In this document: piece by piece, positions 53,770-64,000 of the stretch
How positions within the stretch are numbered: position 1 is the stretch's first letter
Layout of the letters: each line of letters starts with the position of its first letter
Assembly (NCBI GenBank): GCA_038087875.1
Contig: JAXLNO010000650.1
Span: forward strand, 1-64,000
DNA: 64,000 nt
Reading direction: 5' to 3'
Source of the DNA: Malacoraja senta
Lineage: Eukaryota
Translations under genes and position numbers: made by a program
The notes under the pieces: generated by a model
What the model saw: the letters and a program-made list of their open reading frames with translations, nothing else
Database searches by the model: none
Told to the model about the DNA's origin: nothing

Positions 53770-54530
53770 GTCAGTGAGTGGGGTGTGTGTGAATCAGTGC
53801 GGGTGGATAGATGGCGGGGGTGGGGGGTTAGAAGGCAGTCGGTGCAGAATGGATGGATTGAGGCAGGTGAATTAGTATGTGTTGGTTGGAGTAGGTAAAA
53901 TTGTGAGGGGAAAGCACCGGGGATGTCAGTGGTGTTGAATGGGGGGGTTCAGTACGGGATGGATGGGGGTAGACAAAAGTGCTGGAGAAACTCAGCAGGT
54001 GAGGCAGCATCTATGGAGCGAAGGAAATAGGCAACGTTTTGGGTCGAGACCCTTCTTCAGACTGTTCCCCCCATTCTTCTTGAATGGGAGGATCAGTACA
54101 GAATGGATGGGGGGGGGGAGATCAGCGCAGGATGAATGGGAGGAGGTGGGTCAGTACAGTGTGGATCATAGGGTCTGTGCAGGATGAATGGGAGATCACT
54201 ACAGGATGAATGAGGGGAAGGTGCAGGGTAAATGGAGGGTGGGTCAGTACGGGATGAATGCGTGGATTAGTACAGGATGGATGGGGGATCAGTACAGGAT
54301 GGATGGAGGAGAAGTGCAGGATGGATGGGAAGGGGGGTAAGTACAGGATGAATTGGGGACCAGTGTAGGATGGATGGGGGGTGGCAGGAGAATCAATGCG
54401 AGGTGGATAGGGTGATCAGATCAGGATGAATAGATGGGGGGGTGTAGATGTGGAGGGGAGCATAGGGGATGTCAGTGAGGACTGAATAGAGGCGGGAATG
54501 GGGATCAGTGTGGGATGGAGAGGAGGGGTC
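53770..54530. repeat. Degenerate G-rich minisatellite inside the TIR element
   Basis: Recurrent CAGTACAGGATG(A/G)ATGGGGG units. Confidence 0.8.
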
Positions 54531-54565
54531 CCAGGATAAGGGAGGGGGGGTGGAGGGGGTGTACA

Positions 54566-54598
<33 letters not shown>

Positions 54599-54730
54599 CG
54601 AGGTGGGGAGGAAGGAAGGTCAGCGCTTCTCGGACAACATCGCCCCGCTGCCTTGGCCGTTGGGATTTCCTCGCCACCGCCTCCCTCCTCCGCCAGCCAA
54701 CAGCAAGGTGCGGGGCCGGGCGGTGCAGCT

Positions 54731-54758
54731 CAAAGATCCTATAGCTATAGGATCTTTG
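54731..54758. mobile_element. 28-bp palindromic TIR-only element with 8-bp TSD
   Basis: GTGCAGCT|CAAAGATCCTATAG-CTATAGGATCTTTG|GTGCAGCT. Confidence 0.75.
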
Positions 54759-56157
54759 GTGCAGCTGCTTCAGAAGGGTCGGAGCGAATGACAGGCCCCG
54801 CACAGAGGCAGCAGCGGCTGCGACAGCGGCTCCATCTCCTCCCAGATAGCGGCCACTGCTTGCAAATCCGCTAACGGTGCTTTCAAAACAAAGCCTCCCT
54901 CCCTGCCTCGGCGTCCTCCCTCCCTCCTTCCTGCCTCGGCGTGCGGGAGGGTTTGTTTTGAAAGTGCCGTTAGCGGATTTGCAAGCAGCGGCCCTTATCA
55001 GGGCAGGCAGGGTGCGGGAGGAGGAGGAGATGGAGCCGCTATTGCGGCCGCTGCTGCCGCTGTGCGGGGCCCGTCATTCGCTCCGACCCTTCGTCACACC
55101 GCATCTAGTATCTGCCCCGCACGACAGCCATCGCCGACACGAAACGTTGCGTTCCTTTTCTTCAGAGATGCTGCCTGACCAGTGGAGTTACTCCAGTTTT
55201 TTGTGTCTATCTTCGGTATAAACCAAGTTGCCAACCCTTGCAAAATGACTCGCCGTTTAGGTTGCCCGGCGGCACTTTGGATGGTCAGTGGCACCCGGGC
55301 AACCGCTAATTTCGAGCCCTGTAGGGACAATTTACAACTTTACAAATCCAATTGGCCTACAAACCTATACGTCTTTGGAGTGTGGGGGGAAATCGTGGCT
55401 CCCAGAGAAAACCCACGCAAGTTACAAAGAGATTGTATAAACTCTGTTCAGCACCCATAGTCAGGATATGGGTGCTAACCAGGGAGTTACGGAGGGAACG
55501 GTCTCTGCGGAAAGCAGAAAGAGGAGGAGATGGGATATTTCCACCCTGGGAAATAGGTTCTAACTGTAGGAAATAGGTTCTAACTGTCCTCCCTATTTAT
55601 GCCTCTCATAATTGTATATACTGCTATCAGGTCTTCCCTCCACCTCTGGCATTCCAGAGAAAACAATTCAAGTCTGTCCAACCTCTTCTCATAGCTAATA
55701 CTCTCTAATCCAGATATCATTTTGGTCAACCTTTCCTGCACACTTTCCATAGTTTCCATACCCTTCCTGTAATGGGGTGACCAGAATTGCATGCAATACT
55801 CCAAATATGGCCTAACCAAAAGATAGATACAAAGTACAGGAGTAACTCCAGGCAGCATCTCTGGAGAAAAAGGATGGATGACATTTCAGGTCGGGACCCT
55901 TCTTCAGGCTGCAGAAGTAATTTATTTTGGCATCATATTCGGCACAGACATTGAGGGCTAAAGGGCCTGTTCCTGAGCTGCACTGTTCTATGTTCAATCG
56001 TTTTATCTGAGTTAGAATCTGCTGTCTAAGCACATGCACAGGGGTCACTGAAACTGAGAAAGGGATAGGTGGCAAAAGGTTCCTGAGATAAACTGCAGTA
56101 CTTTATCACAACCAAAGGGGGAAACAGAGCTCAATTCAGAGAAGCTGATCATTCTGT

Positions 56158-56185
56158 CTGAAGAAGGGTTTCGGCCCGAAACGTT
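56158..56185 (+). ncRNA. Minimal hammerhead ribozyme core (Penelope-type)
   Basis: CTGAAGA-A-GGGT(TTCG)GCCC-GAAAC-GTT: both conserved boxes, stem II and an NUH triplet. Activity unproven. Confidence 0.6.
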
Positions 56186-56809
56186 GCCTATTTCCTTCGC
56201 TCCATAGATGCTGCTGCACCCGCTGAGTTTCTCCAGCATTTTTGTGTACCTTCGATTTTCCAGCATCTGCAGTTCCTTCTTTAACATTCTGTCTCACGTT
56301 GCTCTGTTATACACCAAAGAAATGTGTTAACAAATCCTGTCATTGTTTGACCACAGTTGCAGGAAAAAAGAACTAGTTTATTTTCACTTCCCACATTTCG
56401 TTAGACTGTGCCTGGTAGTTCTACAAAAACTTCACAGACCTTACGAGAATGACTTGCACTTACATAGCAACTCTATCAGAGTAACACTTCCCAAGAGTAT
56501 CTTCAAAAAAAGAACAGACACTTAGCCACATATAAAATGGGATTAGATAAATGGGTGCTGGAGACTATTCAGCCCATTGAATCTATGCCAACATGGAACC
56601 ATCCCATTAATTTGCATTGTAACTTGTTCTCTTCATATTTCCTTCCCATCAACATGGTGGCATAGTTGGTATGCAGTAAACTAGGTTAGAGGAGGTGAAC
56701 CTCTGCCTCACTTGGAAGGACTGTTCAGGATGGCACTGACTTGTATAAAGCATTTCAAACTCATGGATTCCGCAGCCTCAGGGGGGTACTTCAGGACTGT
56801 CATCACTTG

Positions 56810-57122
56810 TAGGCTACACCATTACATCGATGACCCCATAGACGTCCCTGGCCAGGAACTGCCCCGAAAGCAGTGGACAACCCTCAACCGCTTGAGGACA
56901 GGCATCGGACGCTATGGAGTAGCGATGAAGAGGTGGGGGCTCGTGGACAGCGCCTCCTGTGAGTGTGGGGACCCAACACAGACAGTGGAGCACATAGTCA
57001 CCAGTTGCCCCAAACACCGGCCACCGAATGGTGAACGAGGTCTGATTGACCTGGACGATGACACGTTGACCTGGCTCGCCTCAACGTAGCTGCAGGTCTA
57101 AAAGACACACGACAGAAGAAGA
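56810..57122 (+). mobile_element. Ingi/Vingi-like (I group) LINE 3' fragment with CCHC knuckle
   Basis: WTTLNRLRTGIGR...CECGDPTQTVEHIVTSCP, very short 3'UTR ending in (AGA)n. Confidence 0.65.
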
Positions 57123-57720
57123 CGTGAGGTGAGAAAATAAGAAATAGCTCATCTACTCGGGCCAAGATCGGACTTTTCAGAGACTAGGAAGTTGCAAGCT
57201 GGCAGGCGACTCTTGTGGCGACTCTCTGCGTGGCGTTCGAGAAGAAGATGTATTGCACGCATCTACAGTATGGTTTCACGGGATAGTATGCAGAACAAGA
57301 TTTTCACTGTAGGATGGAACTGCAGATGTTGGTTTATACGGAAGATGGACACAAATTGCTGGAGTAACTCAGCGGGCCAGGCAGCATCTCTGGAGAAAAG
57401 GAATAGGTGACGTTTTGGGTCGGAACCCTTCTTCAGACTGTCACATTATAAAGCTTTTCACTGTGTCTTTGTTTTGTTTAGTTTAGTTTATCACAACGAG
57501 TACCGCGGTACAAATGAAAAGCTTTTGTTGTGTGCTATCCAGTCAGCAGAAGGACAATACATGATTACAATTGAGCCATTCGCGGTGCAAAAGAAATGTT
57601 GCTGTAGGAGTAGAGATTTATGAGCGTGGAGCGAATGTAATACGAGTTTGTAGATCTGCTTCTGTGACTAGCACACAAATAGTCGCATGTGTTGGCGCCA
57701 TCTGCACATGACTATAAACT

Positions 57721-60700
57721 CATGGCCGTCCAAAGGTGGGGTGTGTTGGGTGCGCTCGCACCCCCCTTTTTTTCCCAGAAAGAAGAAAATCCCGAGAAAA
57801 AATAAAATTGCAGCGCAATCAGCGTTTACCCAAAACTTTGGTTCCGGCCGCTGGATGATTTTGGGGGGGCGGGGGGGGGGAATGCGACCATCCGTGCCTG
57901 CGCAGTTGGGGGAAGCAGGCACGGATGGTCGCATTCCTCCCCCCCCCCAAAAAGAAAGAGGGGGAGGGAAGGGAGGGGGAGAGAGAGAGATGAGAGGGAG
58001 GGGAGAGAGATGGGGAGGGAGAGAGAGGTGGAGGGGAGAGGGTAAGGGGGGTTATCTTTAGTGAGATTGCAAAATTAAGGAACGTTTTAGAGCTATTCTA
58101 TTTTCTTCTCCATATGAACAATATCAAATAATAGGGAGGCTGCATGGCAGTTGGGTCACGACCCATGACCCATACTGTTGCCCTGCAACGCCAACTGGAG
58201 TACACGCGGTGAACTGCAGGTAAGCAATTACCATGGATTCCAGTGTAGCGGGCCCGTCTGCTGTCCCAGCATCCAGACTCCACGCTGACTGGTTCCACAC
58301 TCGCAGACCCCGAGCCGTCTAACCCCGCGGCCGGGGGTGGGGAGGAGGTCGGTGGGGGTGTACCGATGGGTAGGTGGAGGGACCAGACTGTCCACAACTC
58401 TGCTGCAGCTGAGGGGCACGTTGCCAGGTTTTTGTCCCCATGGTCCTCAATTCCCCTACCCTGGGCAAAAGACTCTGTGCATCTACCCGATCTATTCTTC
58501 TAATGATTTTGTATACCTCTATAAGATTTCCCCTCATCCTCCTGCACTCCATGGAATAGAGTCCCAACCTACTCAACCTCTCCCTATAGCTCACACCATC
58601 TAGACCTGGCAACATCCTCATACATCTTCTCTGTACTCTTTCCAGTTTGATATTTTTCCTATAACATGGTGCCCGGAACTGAACACAATATTCTAAATGC
58701 GGTCTCACCAACGTCTTATACAACTGCAACATGACCTCCCAACTTCTAAACTCAATACTCTGACTGATGAAGGCCAAGGTGCCAAAATACTTTTTGACTA
58801 CCTGATGTACCTGCGACTTGACATTCAAGGAACCATGCAACCATCAACCATTCCTCTGCCCACCTGGCCAATTGATCTAGATCCTGCTGCAATCTTTCAC
58901 AACCATCTTCACTATCTGTAAAACCACTCACTTTTGTATCATCAGCAAACTTGCTAATCCTGCCCTGTTCTGTGACGTTTCAGAGTGCTGGAGTAACTCA
59001 GTGGGCCAGGCTGAGTATAGAAGTTGAGAGGTCATGTTGCGGTTGCATAAGAAGTTGGGGAGGCCGCATTTAGAGTATTGTGTTCAGTTCTGGGCACCAT
59101 GTTATAGGAAAGATGTCATCAAACTGGAAAGGGTACAGTGAAGATTTACGAGGATGTTGCCAGGACTAGAGGGCCAGAGCTATAGGGAGAGGTTGAGTAG
59201 GCTGGGAATCTATTTCATGGAGCACAGGAGGATGAGGGATGGTCTAATAGAGGTGTATAAAATCATGATTTGAATAGATCAGGTTGAGTCTTTTGCCCAG
59301 CATAGGTGAATCGAGGAGCAGAGAACATAAGTTTAAGGTGAAGGGGAAAAGATTTAATAGGAATCTGAGGGGTATATTTTTCACAGAAAGGGTGGTAGGT
59401 GTATGGAATAAGCTGCCAAAGCAGGTAATTGAGGCAGGGACTATCGCAATGTTTAAGAAACAGTTAGACAGATATATGGATCAAACGTGGGCAGGTGGGA
59501 CTAGTGCAGATGGGACATGCTGGGCCGAAGGGCCTGTTTCCACACTGTATCACTCTATGACTCTATCTATCTTTCCCTCTCAAACCCATTTTCTCCTGCA
59601 TTCTCCCCATTACGTCTGACACCCGTATCAATCAAGAATCTATCAATTTCCTCCTGAAAAATGTCCATTGACTCGGCCTCCGCAGCTGTCTGTGGCAATT
59701 AATTCCACAGTTCACCACCCTCTGACTGAAGAAATTCCTGCTCATCTCCTTCCTAAAGGAACATCTTTTAATTCTGAGACTGTGGCCACTGGTCCTAGAC
59801 TCTCCCACTAGTTGAAACATGCTCTCCACGTCCATTCAATCCAGGCTTTTTACCAGGCTGGGACAGACTGCAACAGCTTCACACCATGTCCCAAAGTTCG
59901 TGTCCTGTCCTGCATCACCCAAGGCAGCAGAAACATTATAGGAGAGGGCAAGCACCGTCACAAAGTAGCTCAGGATGGTTTTGGTAACATTCAGGAATGT
60001 CTATACATGTCATATTATGAATATTACTGAAGAAGGGTCTTGACCCGAAATATAATCTATACCTTTTCTCCAGATATGTTGCCTGACCCGCTGAGTTACT
60101 CCAGCACTCTATGAAATGTCACCTATCCATATTCTCCAGAGATGCTGCCTGACCCACTGAGTTACTCCAGCACTTTGTGTCTATTTTCCCTTCACCCATC
60201 TGCCCAAGCCCACCCTCCCCCCCTTCTCTGCGATGTTCCTTTCCACCCATAAACCTCACTCTGCCTTTACATTTCACTCCTCTTTCAAATCTGCTCTACT
60301 TATCTACGTGCATTTTTCTTCTTACCTTTTTCGTCAGTGATGCAGTGTGGAAACAGGCCCTTCAGCCCAACTTGCCCACACCGAACAACATGTCCCATCT
60401 ACACTAGTCCCACTCACACGAGTTTGGCCCATATCCGTCTAAACCTGTCCTATCCATGTACGTGTCCAAATGTCTCTTAAACATTAGGATAGTCCCAGCC
60501 TTAACGACCTCCTCTGGCAGCTCGTTCCATACACCCACCACCCTTTGTGTGAAAAAGCTAACTCTCAGATTCCTGTTAATTTCTCAAATATTGGTCATAA
60601 ATTTGGTGCAAAAATGCTCCAAAATAAGGCTCAGAATGCATCAGAGAGCATCTAAAACCGCAGAGCCAAAAGTCCCTCGAAGACCGCGGCATCGAGGGAC

Positions 60701-60807
60701 TTCACGCTTCACGCTCGTGATGTGCACAGCGCGCACATTATTTCACATTAAAATGTTTGTAATCCTGTCATGCCACCCCCCTTTTTGAAAAGCTTCGTAT
60801 GGGCCTG
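57721..60807. mobile_element. Putative hAT-like non-autonomous element with nested CR1 fragments
   Basis: Imperfect TIRs CATGGCCGTCC / GTATGGGCCTG, flanked by AAACT on both sides. Confidence 0.55.
58430..59850. mobile_element. Cluster of CR1 3' fragments (58430-58965 minus, 59010-59560 plus, 59570-59850 minus)
   Basis: [41 protein letters not shown]. Confidence 0.8.
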
Positions 60808-60860
60808 AAACTAAATGAAAGATTCTACAATTTGGATGAGAAAGCACACGGTGAGTATGG

Positions 60861-60973
60861 AGATGACACTAAACGTTGCAGCAGGTTTGCAGATGACAGT
60901 GCAACGTTGCAGCAAGTTTGCAGATGACAGTGTAACGTTGCCGCAGGTTTGCAAACGACACTGTAACGTTGCA
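60861..60973. repeat. 30-31-bp tandem repeat, about 3.6 copies
   Basis: Unit AGATGACAGTGCAACGTTGCAGCA(A/G)GTTTGC. Confidence 0.9.
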
Positions 60974-61029
60974 TTAGTTTAATGTGGAGGTTGCCGGAAC
61001 CTGGAGCTGATGGAGATAAAGTGCTGGAA

Positions 61030-61351
61030 TAAGTCAGCGGGCCGAGCGGCGTCTGTGGGGATCGATGGACGTGGAGGAAGACCCAGCCGGCTGCTGCCAG
61101 TGAAGCTGATTCACGATGGAAATGTTTATATCTGAGACGGGGAGCAGAATCTGACGCGCGGGCGGGCGGGCGGTGCGAGGCCTTGAACCGGAGCCACGGC
61201 GTCGCCCGGCAACGGCGGCGGGAGGGAGGGGGGAGGGAGGGAGGGAGGGAGGGAGGGAGGGCGCGGGCACGTCACCGCGATAACGTCAGGTGGCCTGCGT
61301 CACGGGGTCCGACGTCATCACGCTCTGCGACGCCCCGACGTCATCGCCAAG
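61030..61351 (+). promoter_or_regulatory. CpG-island promoter/5'UTR of COX19
   Basis: High GC and CpG, GGGCGG boxes near 61160, five CGTCA half-CRE motifs at 61270-61343, directly upstream of the ATG. Confidence 0.7.
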
Positions 61352-61433
61352 ATGTCGACTGCTATGAACTTCGGCGGCAAGAGGTTCAGCCCGCAGCCGC
61401 CAGAGCGCGGCTCCTTCCCTCTCGACCACCTGG
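61352..61433 (+). CDS. COX19: COX19 exon 1 (cytochrome c oxidase assembly factor)
   Basis: [27 protein letters not shown] matches the conserved COX19 N-terminus; 82 nt ending at phase-1 donor G|GTAGGC, in CpG-rich sequence. Confidence 0.95.
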
Positions 61434-61535
61434 GTAGGCGGTCGTTGGATTGGACGTACAGGGCAGCGTCTGGGATGTCCCCTCCCTCGTATATCTCTCC
61501 CCCACCCTTCCTCCCCCTCCCCGTCTTCTCCCACT

Positions 61536-61578
<43 letters not shown>

Positions 61579-61784
61579 CCTCCCTCTCTCTCTTCCCCCT
61601 CTCTCCCTACCATCTCCATCCCGTCCCTCATCTCTTCCGTTCTCATCTCCTGTTTCCTCCCCATTTTCATCCTCGGTCTCCTACACTCCAATAATAACAC
61701 CCCCTCTAGTGGTCTTGATACATTTTTTCAGTTCTGACCTGAAATGTCACAAAATGCTGGAGTAACTCATCAGGTTACGTAGCC

Positions 61785-62622
61785 AGGGCACTCATCAACA
61801 GACCACACAGTCTGTTCGAATTGACAAAAACACTTCTTCCTCAATAACAATCAGTACGGGAGCACCTCAAGGCTGTGTGCTCAGCCCCCTGCTCTATACT
61901 CACTAATGCATAGTGCAAACTCCATCTTCAAGTTCACCAATGACACCACCGTTGTTGGACGAATTACAGATGGTGATGAGTCAGAGTATGGAATTGAGAT
62001 TAATTAACTGACCAAATGTTGCCAGCACAACAACCTTGCTCTCAATGTTAGTAAGACCAAGGAACTGATTGTGGACTTTGGAAGAGGAAGGCTAAGGACC
62101 CACAAACCTGTCCATATTGACGGGACGATGGTGGAGAGAGTAAAAAGTTTCAAATTCCTGGGCGTGCATATTTCAGAAGATCTTTCCTAGACCCAGCACA
62201 CTGATTCGGTATGTCAGAGAGGATTCTATAGAACTTCTCCCAGGTGTACAGTGCAGTGCATATTGACTGGTTGCATCATGGCCTGGTTCGGCAACTTGAA
62301 TGCCCAGGAGCAAAGAAGACTGCAAAATGTTGTGAACACTGCCCAGTCCACAACGGGTTCTGACTTCCCCACAATCGAAGGGATTTACTAGAGTCGCTGC
62401 CTCAAAAAGACAGCCAGCATCATCAGAGACCCACACCACCCTGGCCACAAACCCATTTTACCCCTGCCATCGGGAAGGTACAGAAGCCTGAAAACTAACG
62501 TCCAGGTTCAGGAACAGCTTCTTCCCTTCAGCCATCAGACTATTAAACACTTCAACCTCAAATAGGCTCTGAACTACATAGACTATTATTGTTATTATTG
62601 CACTATTATTGTTTGTTTTTTA

Positions 62623-62680
<58 letters not shown>

Positions 62681-62695
62681 AAAAAACACTCTTGA
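61785..62695 (+). mobile_element. Rex1/Babar-type LINE 3' fragment in COX19 intron 1
   Basis: Degenerate copy of the 45480-46500 family ([13 protein letters not shown]..., NSFFP.AIRLLN). Confidence 0.8.
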
Positions 62696-62822
62696 CCCGA
62701 AATGTTACCTATCCGTGTTCTCCAGAGATGTTGCCTGTCCTGCTGAGCTACTCCAGCACTTTGTGACTGAACATCTTTAATACCTGATGCTTTAACCAAA
62801 CGTATTTCTCGCAATTTTGCAG

Positions 62823-62934
62823 GTGAATGCAAAGAATTTAAAGAGATATTTATGAGTTGTCTTAAGGAGAGTAAGTTTGACAGCTCTTTGTGCAGAGAAC
62901 AATCCATGGACTATTTGAAATGCAGAATGGACAG
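62823..62934 (+). CDS. COX19: COX19 exon 2 (twin CX9C domain); canonical exon 3 not seen in window
   Basis: Acceptor TTTTGCAG; translates (G)ECKEFKEIFMSCLKESKFDSSLCREQSMDYLKCRMD(R) with two CX9C motifs; donor AG|GTATAG; phase fits exon 1. Confidence 0.95.
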
Positions 62935-63499
62935 GTATAGTAATGCAACCTTAGTGAAAGTTACTTGATTTTATCAAACCATAAATAATTTAGCACATGT
63001 GATTACAAAAATATATAAACACAATACAGAAACATTCTGAGGGACAGGATTAATCTATAGAGGTAGTCCATTAGGCTTCCATTCTGATATTTTTGTGTTT
63101 TTTAATTCTCCATAAATTAGAAATTAACAATTTTAGTGAGAGTCGATTAACAGTAATGTTTATTTCTTGTCTTCTGTGTAGATACAATGGTTCATTGTCA
63201 GAATGTCCCACATCCAATGCTTAATTTTGGTTACATTGTTGCTTTAGGATGGAAAAAAAAACTAGAGGGCATGGCTTTAAGGTGAGATGGACAAAGTTTA
63301 AATGCGAGTTTTTTCTTAACAGACAATGGTATCTGCTTGATTGCTGTGGGGAGATTACAAAGTCATAAATCTATTCAACACAGAAAATTGCCTCATCAAA
63401 CCAGTGCTGCTTGCTTGCGCCTGGTCCATATCCCTCCAAATTTTCTGTATCCAAGCACCTATCTTTTAAATGTCATAATTGTACATGCCTTTAGATTTC

Positions 63500-63935
63500 C
63501 TTAGTTTACTTTACTTTAAAGATACAGCGCGGAAACAGGGTGTTCGGCCCACCGAGTCCGCGCCAACCAACGATTCCTGTTAAATAATACACGTTACACA
63601 CTAGGGACAATATACAATTTTTACCGAAGCCAATTAACCTACAAACCAAGACAATAGATGCAGGCAATAGGTGCAGGAGTAGGCCATTCAGTCCATCGAG
63701 CTAGAACCGCCATTCAATGTGATCATGGCTGATTAGTTCCCTGTTCGTGCTTTCTCCCCACATCCCCTGACTCTGCTATCTTTAAGAGCTCTATCTAACT
63801 CTTGAAAGCATCCAGAGAACCGGCCTGAGACAGAGAATGTATTGACTTCGTACAGACAGCACCCTTAGTCAGGATTGAATCCGCGTCTCTAGCGCTGTAA
63901 GGCTGCAACTCTACCGCTGCACCACCGTGCCGCCT
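63500..63935 (-). mobile_element. V-SINE interrupted by a CR1 tail fragment
   Basis: SINE tail 63500-63647, CR1 tail about 63650-63840, SINE head 63848-63935. Confidence 0.75.
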
Positions 63936-64000
63936 TCTGGCAGTTTATTTCATTTACGCACAATCCCTGTGTGGAAAAAGTTGCCCCTTGGGTCCCTTTC

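Larger units (their letters stand above)
52566..55321. mobile_element. Non-autonomous TIR DNA transposon (hAT-like ends) with 5-bp TSD, inserted in a SINE
   Basis: CAGGGCTC...GAGCCCTG termini, subterminal GGTTGCC/GGCAACC motifs, TSD TAGGG at 52561-52565 and 55322-55326; host SINE restored on removal. Confidence 0.85.
52463..55470 (-). mobile_element. V-SINE split by the TIR element (52463-52565 and 55322-55470)
   Basis: Halves rejoin as CACAC-TAGGG-ACAATTT. Confidence 0.85.

Noticed and set aside
61434..61765. 137-aa single-exon COX19 ORF
   Set aside because: Read-through past the splice donor into low-complexity intron.

Overview
Eukaryotic, repeat-dominated DNA. The V-SINE/HE1-type SINEs, CR1, Rex1/Babar and Penelope-derived repeats point to a cartilaginous fish, probably a skate or ray (inference). 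There are two host genes. An ADAP1-like ArfGAP gene has its first coding exon on the minus strand at 40026-40110; no exon 2 was recognised, so bases 1-40025 are probably intron 1. COX19 exons 1-2 lie on the plus strand at 61352-61433 and 62823-62934, diverging from it. The rest is mobile DNA: an internally deleted DIRS1-type tyrosine-recombinase retrotransposon with intact terminal repeats and internal complementary region, a young L1 with a twin-priming 5' inversion, Helitrons (one with a possible captured first exon), two TIR elements with 5-bp target duplications, a 588-bp foldback element and a 28-bp TIR-only mini-element. Many dispersed Penelope-derived units carry minimal hammerhead-ribozyme cores, often as foldbacks with a core on each strand. 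All family names come from motif recognition by eye; no searches were run.
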